Shown here: piece after piece, positions 26,901 to 41,600 of the stretch
How the letters are laid out: each line of letters opens with the position of its first letter
Numbering within the stretch: position 1 is the first letter of the stretch
Source of the DNA: Bugula neritina
Lineage: Eukaryota > Animalia > Bryozoa
Length of the DNA stretch: 64,000 bases
Reading direction: 5' to 3'
Assembly (NCBI GenBank): GCA_964035545.1
Contig: OZ037766.1
Span: 31,610,773 to 31,674,772 of the forward strand
Translations under genes and position numbers: made by a program
Notes under the pieces: generated by a model
Told to the model about the DNA's origin: nothing
Databases searched by the model: none
Seen by the model: only the letters and a program-made list of their open reading frames with translations

Positions 26901-29736
26901 TACTCTTGTTTGCTCTCCTAATCACATATCTACTGCATGCAGATGTTAGCTTAGTACTTTTACTAAGTTACTAATATATGACAGCTATGACTATTTCTGT
27001 TTCCATTTCCATGACTATAGCTAAGACTAATGCTATCACCATTGCTAATACTTTTACTATGACTAATACTAAATTACTATTACTATGTCTAATACTACTC
27101 TAATTACTATTACTATCACAAAATTACAATTACTATACTAATTAAATTACTATTATTATGACTACTACTACCTCACTATCACTGTGGCTGTAACTATCAC
27201 TACTACTACTACTATCAATGTGACTTGCATGTATCAACAGTGATGACCAGAGTTAGACCAGTGTGTTGACATAAAGCATCCATATTACTATCTTTCACAG
27301 AGAACTGCTACAACATAAACTCTTTTGACCTGATAAATTATATTTTCAGTCTATGGTTATGTTACTAACATTAAAATGCCTCCATCTAGTAGCCAAGTTA
27401 ATTTGCATGAGTTATGTGGCATAGACCTATGACCAGTGCCTGGCTGACCCCACATACATTCTTTCTTAAATATGCAGACCACAAACTATTTCTAGAGTTC
27501 AATGGAATAGCATAGTAGTTTTATTTACAAACATAGAAATAACTTTCTTCTTCAGTTTTAACATCCATGCTTCAAAGGGATGGCATTATTTCATCATCCT
27601 GGTTTGAAAGTGGGATATTTCTAAATGCTAAAACATGTGGCTGCAACCCTATTATAAAAAATCATTTTATAAAAAATAGTTTAAATGATTATTTTTATAA
27701 AAAGTAGGATAAAATTCATTTCACAGCCCTATTAAATGGGATATATGCAATAGCGTAGCACTATTCTACAAACAATCTATCTATATTTGTGAGCTGCTAC
27801 ACCCCCCCCCCCATCCCCCCCCTCCGTCTAACTTTTAGGTTACTAGCAGTCAGGTTTCAATAGCTCAAGGTCTTTCATTTTCTCCATAATTAATTTTGGT
27901 TTGGGACTAAGGTTAAAGATTTAACTTCCTTCCTTGTAGAACACAGGCTTGTTGAGACTATTCATTACTCCACCCTCCTCAATAGTTATGGGCGTAAATC
28001 AAGTATATGTGTTTCAGTGAAAAGCATTTCAGAACGTCACTTATTGAAATAGATATCAGCAAATATCAAAATACTAGGAATGTTTATCTTGACATACAAT
28101 CACAATAAACTAAAGTGTCAATTGTTGAATTTTAGTAATTCTACCCTTACAGTAAAAGGAACAAGATACTTTCACTTGTCTGGTACCAGAGTTGCTGCAA
28201 CATCTGGCTTTTCTATAGGCTAAGTTCTTGTCATGTTGTACCTAATTATAGAGGCCCTGAGAGCTACCTCATACAATGGACCACAGCATGAATTTTGTAG
28301 AAACCCGTCTAGTTGAAATGTTTCCCCTAAAGTAGTCACATATATTTTAGAGAGAGGCATAGAATATTTTGCATATGAGAGCTGAGATAAACAAAAAACT
28401 AACATCATACCATGTGCAAAGTTTTTATTGCTGTTATCTCTACCTAAAGAAAGGCAGTCCTTACTTTTTGTGATGGTCACAGCTGTAAACAAAAATATTT
28501 TTTGTTGGACTACTAGTGGTTTACGAGAATCTTCCTAATACACATCCATTTGCATGAGAATATAACACTTGACATTTGTTAAATAATATTATGTTACCTC
28601 ATTATTTGAATTCTTTTCTAAGACAATTCTATATAAATGTATAATTATGTTTAAATATAAACTATAGAAATTCTACAAAATAATTTCAATGAAATTTCTA
28701 TTGTAATTTTCTCATCAAATAACACATGATTTAAAAACAATAAACTAGTAATCCTATATGAGCGTTGACTTGTTGTGTAGCTGTTGGTGGTTTGCATAGG
28801 ATCCAGAGGCCAGTACAGACCTAAACTCGAGGGATAACGATCCGATGCCCAGATACACTTATGACAATGAGAACAGACATGGAACGAGGTGTGCAGGAGA
28901 AGTAGCAGCTGAGGCTAACAATACAGCATGCTCTATGGGGGTGGCCTATGACGCTTCTATCGGAGGTAAGAATTTGTGGTTATAGTTTCTCAGGGTGATG
29001 TGAGAGAACTAGAGCCATATCATTAAAACCAGGGCTCTCCAAGAGGACGCCCTTCATCAAAACAAAGACAATTTTGGTATTAAGCTAATCTAACTCAAGA
29101 AACAAATCTCTCCAATTTGGTCCCAATATCTTTTGCTGCTCAAGTTTAAATTAATTTATATACTAATATAATATAAATGGATAACCCCAGTTTCTACCTT
29201 GTATCTGCATGAAGTTAGTTTTATGCCAGGTGTAAGGATGCTAGATGGGATTGTAACTGATTCTGTGGAAGCTAGGGCTTTGAGCTTCAACAGAGACTAC
29301 ATTGATGTGTACGTCTCTAGCTGGGGTCCTAGCGATTCAGGGAGGATTGTGGAGAGACCCGCCCGTCAAGCAGCTACAGCTATAAAGGAAGGTGTAGAAT
29401 TGGTAAGCTGCATGTAGTTGTATCATTTTATTAGGCCTGGTTTGGATGAGTAAGTGTCAGTCTACTATTATGTATACGGACTATTCTCTTTGTTAATCCA
29501 GTCAGCTGAGTTAGAGTGAAACTGGGTCTTATGGATAATTGGAATCACAACACCTAGTTACTTGTCAGTATAAGCTACACTCATGAGAACTGCTAAGTTT
29601 AGTTTAAAGAAGGTAGTTTCTGCCTAATAAACTATCAAAACTTCCAATAGCTTACATTGAATTCAAAACCTAAATTCTTCATCAGTAGGCAGTATGCATG
29701 CAATATATATATATACAGTATATATATATATATATG

Positions 29737-29801
<65 letters not shown>

Positions 29802-32800
29802 GCGTATCGATTGTTCCAGGGTAGAGATGGCAAAGGCAGCATCTTTGTGTGGGCATCTGGAAATGGTGGGAGAGATGATGACTCCTGTTCCTGTGATGGC
29901 TACACTAGCAGCATGTACACGCTGTCAGTTAGTGGAGTTACGGAAGGTAACTTACCCCCCTGGTATCAGGAGCAATGCGCATCTACCTTAGCTTCTACTT
30001 ACAGTAGCGGGTCTTCCCAAGACAGAAAGGTAAATTAATTTTAGTATCAACATGGCCGCTAATTAAAATGTGAAATTTTTCGTAAAAAAATTTGAAAAAA
30101 AAATTAATTTTTACTTTTTATTGCCCGAGTGCCAGTTAGTAGTAAGCATGATTTCTTTATCGCTAATAACTCTGCGAGAAAAAAGTTTCTATTGGCAGTT
30201 AAAAAAGAGCGGATAATTTTAAGTTTCCCTGTTTATGACTCAATCATGTTTTACTAGATTGTGACCACTGATCTGCGACATTCCTGCACCATGTATCACA
30301 CGGGGACGTCAGCAGCAGCACCCTTAGCAGCAGGACTAATTGCTCTCATGCTAGAAGCCAAGTAATTAAATTGTGATATAGTATTCTAGTACATATTATA
30401 ATATTCAATTGATATTATTAAAAGAATAATGAATGTTTTCAATAGAGTTAATTGAATATTTTGCCCTAGCACCCTTAGTTTAGAGTGTTTATTAAAGAAG
30501 AACTTTAGAGTAGCTCACTACTCCTAAGTTATGATAGACAAATATTTGTATTTCAAACTGGAAAATCAGATGCAGAAATTATTGCTGATAATTCTATTCT
30601 TTTATTTGAAAGAGGCTAAATTAATGAAGCTTTTTTAAAAACACACTCAAGTTGTGTTTGCCATAAACAGATTCTCAAGAGTAATCTCTAAATTCTAACA
30701 ACTTGGTTGTTTTAGTCCCAACTTGAGCTGGCGGGACGTACAATATATAACAATGGCCGCTGCTAACCCACTTCCTCTATTATCTCAAGGTCAATTTAGA
30801 ACTAATGGAGTTGGAAGGAAATGTAAGTACGATTAACGAGAACCTGTGCCAGCCTGTTGATGGGCGACACATGTAATACTTTACTTTTCTATTAGTTTTG
30901 ATTAAAGTATGAGTTTTTATTCAGCTGATACTGGCTGGGCTGACATTATTATTAGTGATTTTCTGTGGTCAAGGTCAAGTGGAATTACTTGACCTTGAGG
31001 GTCACAATGCATAATATGTGTCCAGGCTTTTATGTGGTCAAAAATATAATGACCTGGGTGAGCGTACTTATCCACATTGACAAAACAGTGTACTCTCGCT
31101 GTAAGGATTGAATCACCAAAACCCACGATATAATGCAAAGAAAATTTATTCTAATTGAGCCTTTAGTTTTGGCAATTCTTCTTAAAATAACATTTTATAA
31201 CTAGTTAGCATCCATATAATATAGCCCAATGGTAATATAGTACAGTATAATATTTGCATAGAGCTATACGAGAGTCATAATATATGGTAATATAGTACAG
31301 TATAATATTTGTATAGAGCTATACGATAGGCATAATAGACCAGTAGTCTTATATAGTTCTTGTTTCTTGCACATGTAGCAGTTTCTGGGTAGCAGGTAAT
31401 TTTGAATGCTGTTGTTTATAAATAATTACTACAAGATATTCTGTGAAGTTGGGCAACTTCAGCTAAAGACTGTTTTAAATCTAGACCATGAAATGAGTTT
31501 TGATTATTCTGTAACGTTTAGACAGTCACAAGTTTGGATACGGTCTGATGGATGGCGGGAAGATGGTAGACCTTGCTCTAAGTTGGAACGGTACTGCACC
31601 CCGCCTTAGACAAAACTTAGCGTCACCAGAGAACACTAGCATGTTAGTACTGACACATACTGTATACTGACACATACTATATACTGACACATACTGTATA
31701 CTGACACATACTGTATACTGACACATACTGTATACTGACACATACTGTATACTGACACATACTATATACTGACACATACTGTATACTGACACATACTGTA
31801 TACTGACACTTACTGTATACTGACACATACTGTATACTGACACACAGTATATACTGACACATACTGTATACTGACACATACTGTATACTGACACTTACTG
31901 TATACTGACACATACTGCATACTGACACACAGTACAGTGATGTGAAAAAGTTTAAGGACGCTTGCAGAAATTTCCATGTACCTTGTTTAATAGGCATTTT
32001 TTGTAAGTTCCTAAATTTTTCCCGCAAGTTCTATATATTAAAATGATCCTTAGAATGTGTTCTACAATTTCCACCAATTAATTCTTACCGTTGTAATGTT
32101 TTCCACCCATTTTCGGGCCAACTACACAAGCAGCTAGGGAAGCGCAACTCCTGTATTTTTATGTAACCAAAGTTTATCGCCTTTTCTTACCACAAAAAGC
32201 TAAATAGTGAAATTTGACTTTGTGCATGGCATCATGTTATCATAAAGTATGACTTCCCTTTATAATTTGAAATCTGTCATTTAGTTGTGAGCTTTTCTAT
32301 GGTGTCCAATTGGCTGCTTCGAATAGACAAAATGCGAGCTGTAAATCTTACTTCAGAAGCAAGGTTTGTAATAATTTTCTTGCATAAGGAAGGTTATTCA
32401 ATTAGGAAAATATCTGAAAAGGTTGGCAAAGCAAAGACAACTGTACATCAAATTATCAAGAAGTTCATGGAGACTGGCACTGTAGCAGATGAACCTGGAA
32501 GTGGACGACCAAAAATAAGCACACCGAGAGATTACAAGGTTCTCATTGGGATCAGCAAAAAGGATCGCCATAAAGCAAGTCCTGAGTTGGCAAGGAATGG
32601 TCAGAATCAACAAGAACACCAGCTTAGACATTTCGGATAAGGTAAGATTGCTAAGCCATAGCTTACATGGCCGCAAAGCAAGAAGAAGCCTCTACTAACC
32701 GAGAAGCAGCAAAAAAGCGTTTACGGTGGGCCAGGGAGCATGGTAGTTAGACAGCAAATGATTAGAAAAAAAAAGTAATTATTTCAGATGAATCCATATT

Positions 32801-35800
32801 TAATGTGAACAGTCATCCTAGAAACTATTGTGTTAGGAGATACCAGTATGAGAAATATAGCTGCCAATGTATACTTAGAACAATTAGGCACCCTACAATC
32901 AGTGTTATGTTCTGGGGTTGTATAACATCAAAAGGTATAGGTCGACTTAATATTTGCTCTAGAATGATGTTAGTACCCAAAAATATATAAATAATCTCAA
33001 TGCTAAACTTCTTCCAATTATAAAAACCATTTTTTCAAATTTAATTTACATATTTCAAGATGACAATGCACTATGCCATTGGGCGAAGAGTGTTAAAGAG
33101 TGAATGAAAAAGTAGACGGTCTCAACGCTCAACTGGCAAGCAGGAAGCCCTGACTTGAACCCTATGGAATATTATGATCAAGAATGGCTAAAAAAGTCTT
33201 CTCAAAAAAGCCAACATCTGAGGTGACACTCACAGAGTCTGTAATTCATGCATGGCATCATGTCGTGACTGAAAATGAGTTGGAGAAGCTGTACCAGTCG
33301 ATGCCTCGTCACTGTCGACTTCTGATTAGGAATAAAGGCTGGCCAACAAAATATTGATACTAAAATTGAGTGCACTGTGTGTTGCAATGTTGCTAGAAGG
33401 TGTATAACAAACTCCATATAAAATCTTTCTATATTTGAAGTAAAATATTCTGATGTCATACAGTGCACACAAATGGTGAGAGTATTGAATAATTCCCATA
33501 TACAGATAGTATCGCAATGTTTCACCCAAAATTTGAGAAAATATAAAAAGAGATACCAATAATTTATATGAATGAGATAAGGAGATCTTAAGGATCATTT
33601 TGATAGGCATCATGCCTATGGAAATGCTTTTGTTATGTCTTAAAATTAACTTGGAACATTACTATTATGGAAAACAGTGAGGCGTCCTTAAACTTTTTCA
33701 CAGCACTGTATATACTGACACATACTGTATACTGACACATACTATATACTGACACATACTGTATACTGACACTTACTGTATACTGACACATACTGTATAC
33801 TGACACACACTACTACAGAATTTAGGTCACTTCCTTTAGTGAAGAAACCAGTATGAGTAAAATATTAATAAGATAAGATGCAGGAACTTGTTCTATGGCT
33901 GATTGGCCAAGGTTTACTTGCTTTTTGTAAGCAAAGCTGCAAGTTACTGTTGAAGTCTGATTTCCTTGCAGAAGTTTGGAAGACATGTACGTGGGAAGTG
34001 TTGAGGTGCCGGAATGTTCTACCAATAGCTCGGATTGTATGAGACACTTGGAGCATGTGCAGTTGATACTTAATATGACCTCTAGCCAGAGAGGTCGTCT
34101 CAGGGTCAGTCTATAGATTACAAATTGCGTATCCACTCTACTCTACTCCTTAACTACTCTATTCTGCTCACTACTGTGTTAGAATTTCTCAAGAAACAGA
34201 CTTGAATTTATTCATTCTTGTGAAATATTTCCTTTCGCCTTTTAAGTTTTAGTAATTGTTTATAGGATAAACGATGGCCAACCACAATATTGTATCATGC
34301 TGCCCTAAGTCATTTTGAGCAGTACTGAAATGTTGCATTAGATGTTGTGTTGCGTGACATGTTTTATGGTGTATATTAGCATTATATTATGGGATATTGT
34401 CTTGTTTTAAAGAAAATACATGAAATATTATATCATGAGTAACAATTTTAGGTAAAAATGGCACAAGTAAAATTGAAATGTTAACAATGGCACAGGTAAT
34501 AATAGCACCGGTAAAACTGGCACTAATGGAAAAGTAGGAAAAAATGGCACACTGATGTTAATATTTCCCAAACCCCAAACTAAAACTCCTATTTCCAACC
34601 CTAAACCCTTATCCTAAACACCCAACCTCACCCCAAATCCTAATATTGAAAATGTGTCGTTTTTACTTACTTTGCCATTTGTGCAATTATCACCTATGCC
34701 ATTTTTACCCGTGCCATTTTTACTGGACACCATGAGTAATTAAAAATGAATAGCCTGTGTTTCACATGTTGCTCTAGGTAAAGTTAACTAGTCCATCTGG
34801 CACAGAGTCTATTGTGTTGCCCACAAGATACATGGATACTGCACCTGGACGTTTTGATATGTGGCCATTTATGTCTGTCCATTTTTGGGGAGAGAATCCA
34901 GCTGGCACCTGGAGGTTTGAGATATCTAATTCCGGAGGGGATGGTAGGCACATGCTAAAAGTAACTTGTTGAAAGTTGGTGTATCATAGTTTATGGTACA
35001 CTATATATAACTGTGCCTTGTTGTTTCACCATGTATGTGCAGTGTAACTACTCAAGTTAATGTTTAAGGGGCTGGTAGTCAACTTGAAGGGAGTGTAATT
35101 AATAATAACATAGAATCTAAAACAAAACATACATAAATAAAATTATGTTATTTAAAATTTTGTTGATTAGTTCTTTCAAAAATTATTTAATTAAAAAAAG
35201 TATTATTTATTTAAAAATATTTTTGTGTCTTAATTTCAATAATTAATTATGTTGAAACTGGGTGATATTCTATCAAGACTACAGTATTTTACTATAGTCT
35301 TAGTAATCTACTGTAGGTCTAGATTTCAGCTACTCTGTAAGTGCTCGTCATGGTACGTATTCATAGTAGATGGTTTAAGACTACTTATTGTCACTGTGCT
35401 TACATGTAACACCCTTTGTGATTGGTCTATTGACATACAAACATCTTTGTTAAACAGGAAATTTGACATCATATCAGCTAGACCTATACGGAGTGACAAC
35501 CAGCCCTTTTAGTGGTGAAGAGCTCGAGCAGAAAAGTGACATAGAAAGTAGGTCTCAAAAGTTCTTCAAGAAAAGTTGATTTTAGGCTTTATAAATGTTT
35601 TTAAATTTAATATTAAAATAGTCAACAGTGTGAAGGTCTTAATTATTTCCACTTTGCAGATAGTATGTTATCAAACTTGTCTATTTTTATTCAGTTTCTT
35701 AGATTTTTAAAGTTATTTTTAAATTTTGTCTGTAATACTTCAAAGTAGCTGTACTGTATCTTTTGTCCATAATGTTGACAATTGTTGAGGACGAGTTTTA

Positions 35801-37094
35801 TAAAGCTATTTGTAATAATAAGGTAAATAAAAATGTTGCAGCTGTAGCCTAAGTTTTCTAACATCATGTTGGCAGGTAGCAAGCAGCCCCCAGTAACAAA
35901 CACTACAGAACACAGGAGATTGTCTTTTAGATCTCGGTATAGCATGGACTGCTCTGCACTCTACAATCAAGTCAGTTTAAATGTCTTCACAAGTATTCTC
36001 AATTATCGAGTAAAAGATTTCCAGACATTGATCTGTAAAACAGGTAAGCTTAAAACTAAGCTCTCACTTCCAAAGTAGTAGTGGCTGTATTCAGTATTCA
36101 GATAAATCTAGATTTAGTATTTAGATAAATGACTGGTTCAATATCTCCTTTCATCACTTTAAAAAATAGTTAGGCTTCCAACTGAGATGAGTGTAGCGTA
36201 GTTAAATTACCCCATACGATATAAAAAGCATCAGCAGGGATATCTGGCTATAATCTGTAGCTCAAATGGTCGTACACTTCAGAAAATAAGAGCTACAATA
36301 TTATTATATAAATTCTTCATACAAACTAATAATCTCTATAGCTGTTACGCATATACCTATAAACCTAAAAATGTTTCTATTTCTATAACTATGAACCATG
36401 AATTAGCCTTTTTTCATTTGACTGTTAGTGTTTTACTTTTCCTAATAACCATGTATTAGCCTTCTAATGTCATTCTTAATTAGTGTTTTAATTTTCCTAT
36501 TAAGATATGAATGAGTTGCAAATTATTTGAAAGTCAAATATAACTTTATGGCTCAATATTAACTCCATGAGTGTGGTTACACTGGTATCTTTCTTTGGAG
36601 TTATTTTCTCTACATCTTCTACCTGCAGAATGCGATATGACTGAAGCTATTGCACCCAGTTATACCTGCGAGGGAAATGACTTAACCGTTACTTGGTACA
36701 CAGACAAGTTGTTTCCACCTGCTGTAACTGAGATACCTGACCCTTGGAATTGCCTCCTCCAGATCCGATTAGAGCCAGCTACCCCCAGAATAGCTGTGAT
36801 GGCAGTGATCAACCACTATCCTATGTGAGTGTTGGTGTTATTATTAAAGAGCTAGACATCAAATTGATAATGAATTTTTCTAAAATAGCAACTGCTTCAC
36901 TTCATACAAACATATAGTATATTTGTTATAACCAGATTGAGTGGTTGGCAGACAGTATAGGAGTTATGTCCTCTCAACTGTTTAGTTTTGTACTTGGCTA
37001 ATGGGAAAATACTTGTGTGTGTTACAGGTTGATATCTCCTAAGGCAAACTCTAGAGGTGAGATGGTGGAAGTAGTTTTAGAAGAAGTAAACTGA
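23988..37094 (+). CDS. Subtilisin/kexin-type proprotein convertase (furin/PC1-like, S8B family), no TM segment found
   Basis: Exons 23988-24161, 24421-24525, 25173-25280 (RVKR|SA propeptide site), 26706-26846 (ILDDG, Asp), 28800-28965 (RHGTRCAGE, His), 29230-29402, 29820-30029 (WASGNGG, oxyanion Asn), 30258-30361 (HTGTSA, Ser), 30716-30822, 31522-31642 (SHKFGYG), 33972-34104 (LEHVQ), 34778-34943 (SPSGT...WGENPAGTW), 35458-~35514 (YQLDLYG), 36629-36824, 37028-37094. Phases are consistent; the last three exons are less certain. Confidence 0.93.
29704..29797. repeat. (TA)n microsatellite in convertase intron
   Basis: Directly visible. Confidence 0.95.
31646..33808. repeat. 17-bp minisatellite (tatactgacacatactg) split by the Tc1 insertion (31646-31932 and 33709-33808)
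   Basis: The same unit occurs on both sides of the transposon. Confidence 0.9.
31935..33708 (+). mobile_element. Tc1/mariner DNA transposon (DD34E type), full length with decayed transposase
   Basis: TA target duplication and 27-bp TIRs cagtg(a/c)tgtgaaaaagtttaaggacgc with one mismatch. Transposase remnants: paired-like HTH ...GSGRPK (32332-32640), [27 protein letters not shown], with stops and frameshifts. Confidence 0.93.
34450..34731. mobile_element. Small foldback-type non-autonomous element
   Basis: ggtaaaaatggcac repeats on the left, inverted gtgccatttttac repeats on the right, central aaccctaa-like spacer. Confidence 0.6.
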
Positions 37095-38671
37095 AGCATA
37101 GAATCTTACAGGATCAGACAATGCTACTCTATATACGCTGCTAGACTTTTCGTAATGGTGTGATATGTTATGCTACCGCAGTTTAAATATCACAAGTATC
37201 CGCTACTCATTTCAGCTACTTGCTTGTATGTTGAAACATTAACATGTTATAAGCAACTGTATTTTGTCTGCTGTGATTGTTAGCCTTTTTATACTATATG
37301 TACAGCAATTTATTACAATTTGACAATGAATATACTCTATTTTATGCCTAAATTGTTGGCTTTAATGCAAAAGTGGTATGATAACTACAGGGTGACATTG
37401 AACATAATGTAAATTCTATAGAGTAGTAAAATATTTGTAAATGATAGAATTCAAGCATTGCTCAAATCTAAGCAAAAATTGCAGATGTGACACCATGTGA
37501 CACATGCAGACACCTGATATGACACCATGTGACACATGCAGACACCTGATTTATTAATTCACTCAACTTTCATCTACCTAGTGCTAAGTTAGTAAGCTAC
37601 CAGCTCATGATATGTATTTGGCTAAAGCTCATGTCAAAACCATCGCCTAATATTCACTACATTTTCATTGATCAAATTGAAGCTGCTTCAGGCTATATGA
37701 AATGGTAACCCAGTAGCTCCACTTAAAAAGACAACTCCAAAGAACCAGTCTTACAATTCTGCCAGCATAATAATAATAATAATATGTGTTGTTACTTGAT
37801 GTTAATAAACACAGCCAACATTATTTAAGTTTAAGTTAATGCTCCTAACAATTGCTTTCATTTCACTTACTCTGCCTTGATGCTTTGCTAAATTGAACTT
37901 GTTGGAATCACAGCTTATAGTGTGCCAATTTTGTAGATTCTAAAAACTATTGAAGCAATTGCATTTTAAACAATTATATGCAAAAATAATATTATTATGT
38001 TTAGGCTTAGATATTTGCAAAATAAAACTATCTATCAACTTATTTTACATATTTTAATGGCTTAGCTTAAAGAAGAATTATATGGTGTATCGAGATGCTT
38101 GTTAAATCTGAAATTATAGAGACCAAGATTTAGCAAAATAATTAAATTAGATAAGTTTTGACTTGAGTTGCACTTCAGTCTTTCATCAGGTCATAAGCTT
38201 ATAAATATTGTTCAAAATTCGTAACTGTTTGCTGCCACAGCTGCTGATTCTTGCCACCTTTTCATTTCACTATAATAAACAACTCAGTTTCGTAAGTGGA
38301 ATAAAGGCGAATGAATGTTAGCTCTTATGGGTTGTGCTTTCATTCAAATGAAATCATAAAATCCACAATTCAAACAATGGGAACGTCGGGAATAGGCTAT
38401 CATATTCACATATATTAAGTACACTACTTAGTAAGTTAGTTTTCCTGGTTTACAGCATTGTTACTTGCTATAACCTTTCTATTGATATAATACGAAGTAG
38501 CTCAACTCAATAGGTCTATACGTTTTATGTTAAACATGTATGCATACTGATAGTTAAGTGGCTGTAAGGAGCAAGTATATCATTCGACAGCTACACCAAT
38601 GACAGACAAGTGCGAAGATAATTCCTCCTCACAGGAACAGCTTCTCACTTGTCACATTGATTAGTAGCAGA

Positions 38672-41600
38672 ATGGCTTCGGGAGTGTCACATAATTCTGT
38701 AGATATTGAATTTAAGGATGATGAAGCTCTGTTGTCAAGTGAAGTTACTCAGGAAACCATAGTTGACCATCTCTGGTCCTCGTTGGTTCCAACATTAACG
38801 CTGCAGCATATGTGGAACATGGTAAGATTAAAGCTTCTCCCAGAGAGTCTAAAGCCGGACACATTGAGTGCCATGCTACTAACATCTGATGACCGTCTAT
38901 TAACTGTCCTCCATCTGGCTGTCATGGAGGACAATAAAGAAACGGTAAAATATCTTTGTAACCAATCATTACCTAACAATAAGCTACTGTTGTGTAAAGA
39001 TAAAAGTTCCAAAACGGCTCTGCATTACGCTTCAAGTAAGGAGGTAGCGCAGTTGCTTGTGGAATCAAACCATCCCTTAGATATGGAAAAATTTGTGTTG
39101 CATCCCAACAGTATTGGAAGAACTGCATTGCATGAAGCCATGGAGAGAAACAACATTGACGTAATCAAATATTTATGTAATCTGCCTTTTGCATGCAATA
39201 AATTGTTGATGATAAAAGATCAATTTGGTAAAACTGCATTGCATTGTGCTCAAACAAGAGAAGGTGTAAAACTGCTCCTTGAATCGGTTCACCGTAAGAG
39301 CCGAACAAGCTATTTATTATCAACCACGAGTAAAAAGGATACAGTCTTACATTTAGCAGCTTCAGCAGGGTTAACAGATTTGGTGGAGTTTTATTGCAGC
39401 GAAGAGATTCTGGAAGAACTCGTTACAGAAAATTTGAATGCAGAAAATGCCTGTGCACTAAACGGTGACTCACCAAAAATTCTGACTGCATGTATTGATA
39501 ATGAAAGTAAAACAACAGCAATTGGGAGAGAAATATTTTTGAACAAAATTTTACTTGCTACAAATGAGACTGATGCAACAGCATTACATTATGCAAGCAA
39601 TAAAACTATTGCCAGGCAGTTAATGGAAGCAGTGGAATACGATAAACAAAAGTCTTTTATACTGGCTAGAGATAACAATCACTCAACTGCACTGCACTAT
39701 GCAGTTATGGGTAACCAAGCAGATGTTGTGGAGTATTTATGCGCCTTTCCTCTGGATGACAATGAACTTGTGTTCAAACGAGATATAGACAATAGGACAG
39801 TCTTGCATATCGTGCTTAGTGAGCAAGTTGCCAAAATCATTATAAGTTCGGTGGGAGCTGACTCGTTGAAAGAGTTTTTGTTAACTGCTGACTCTGATGG
39901 GAACACCGTACTCCACTTCGCTGCCGTTATTGGCAGAATTGATGTAATAAAGTATCTTTGTAGCATAGAGTTACATAGCAATGAGGTGCTGTGGGCGCAG
40001 ACTCTGCGAGGTTACACATTCTTACATATTGCTTACTCTGGAGAAGTAGTCAACGCTGTGTTTACCACAAAGGCATCAGGCTGGATAAAACAGATCTCTG
40101 CTATTGAGGACAATGATGGTAACACTGCAATTCTATCGCTGGTTATCTTTGGACGGTTTGAAGCCCTGGCTGCATTACTTGAAAATTTACAAGAGCTTTA
40201 TCATCCTAAAACTTTTGCTATTCTGATGAGGAAACAAAACAAGTATAGACAAAATGTGCTACATCTGGCTGCCCTCTCCCTAGTTCTAGACGAACTGTAT
40301 GATGTGTTACAAGATTACCTGCCTCATATGGATGTCACGGAAATGATGGGTCCCGATGTCTATGGAAACACACCAATTCATTATGTTGCAGCCAAGTATC
40401 ACACTCAAGTGTTCGCTGACTTTATGCTACACCTGCCGCTGTCTGCCAGACGCTTGACAGCTAATGCGACAAATATACAACTAACAAACTGCAGAATTCT
40501 GGTAGCTAAGGAGCTTTTTGAAGAGACATACTATATACAAAAAGTGCTCTGCGCCAACAACACGCCTTCATTAGCTTCCATGTTTCCAAAATTGCAGTTT
40601 TATTTTTCATCCAGAGTAAGAAATTTTGAACAAAAATTAGCTAATCCTGACAAATACTTCAGTTATGATGAAAAGATGTTCAAGGTACTAAAGTATTCTT
40701 TAAATGAGTATTCCCTGTTAGATACTACCTACAGGTTATCTTCTACCTTCACAAGTTCACATGTCTCTCAGCTGCAAGCAGACCAAACCCTTTCAGATGT
40801 AAGTTTTGTCCCAGAAGCAACAAATTTGCAGTTAATGTACCTCTATATATAATTTTCATGAGTAATAATTTAAAGAAGGAAATAGCTAACATATAGAAAT
40901 AAAGAGCTTACATACTACACTTTAGTAACATGTCATTGTGATTTGCAATATATGTAGGAATATTTATTACTTTAAAATTTTGATGCTACTATCCTCATGA
41001 ACTTGTCTCATAATTAGTTTTCTAACTGCAAAAATAAAATAAATTAATTTTCTTTTAAAACATTGTTGAATTGCTCTTTCCGATCTAATATAAGTTTATA
41101 ATAATAACTTCAAGCAGCTAATCTAAGTTAAACTTGTAGACAAACTCTGCTACAAATGACTGCTTGTCCATCATCATAGACTGTGCAGATGTAGCTGACC
41201 CACAAAGGACTGTACAGGAAGCACTTAACAACATGGATGAAGAGATGTACAATGGCAAACCTAAGGTACTCAAGAATGATAGCCGGACCATATAGGACTA
41301 AATTACTAAGCTAGTTCCCAGCATTTACCCTCATACTATCAACAGCTGATTGCTGTATTTTGATAAATATTGTATTGTGTGATAACACAAAACCTAATCG
41401 GTGAGCTGAGGGGCAGCCAGTCAGCCTGTGAACAGGTTTTCTACAATATGCAAGTGTTCAATTTTCTACCTCAATGCCCTTTAATTTGGCTGGTAATAAT
41501 AGAAATATTTTGATGTGCCTAATCAGTAGCCACTGTGACATATATCCAACTGTCTTACTAAAACCTCTGGGTTTTCCAACATAATACAATGATTGCATAT

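Noticed and set aside
35317-35352. 36-nt convertase exon ([12 protein letters not shown])
   Set aside because: Phase-compatible but unnecessary, since the conserved last P-domain strand is at 35458 onward. Left unassigned.
38657-40852. Stand-alone or bacterial (endosymbiont-type) ankyrin gene
   Set aside because: A good donor at 40798 links in phase to downstream spliced caspase exons; nothing in the sequence indicates contamination.
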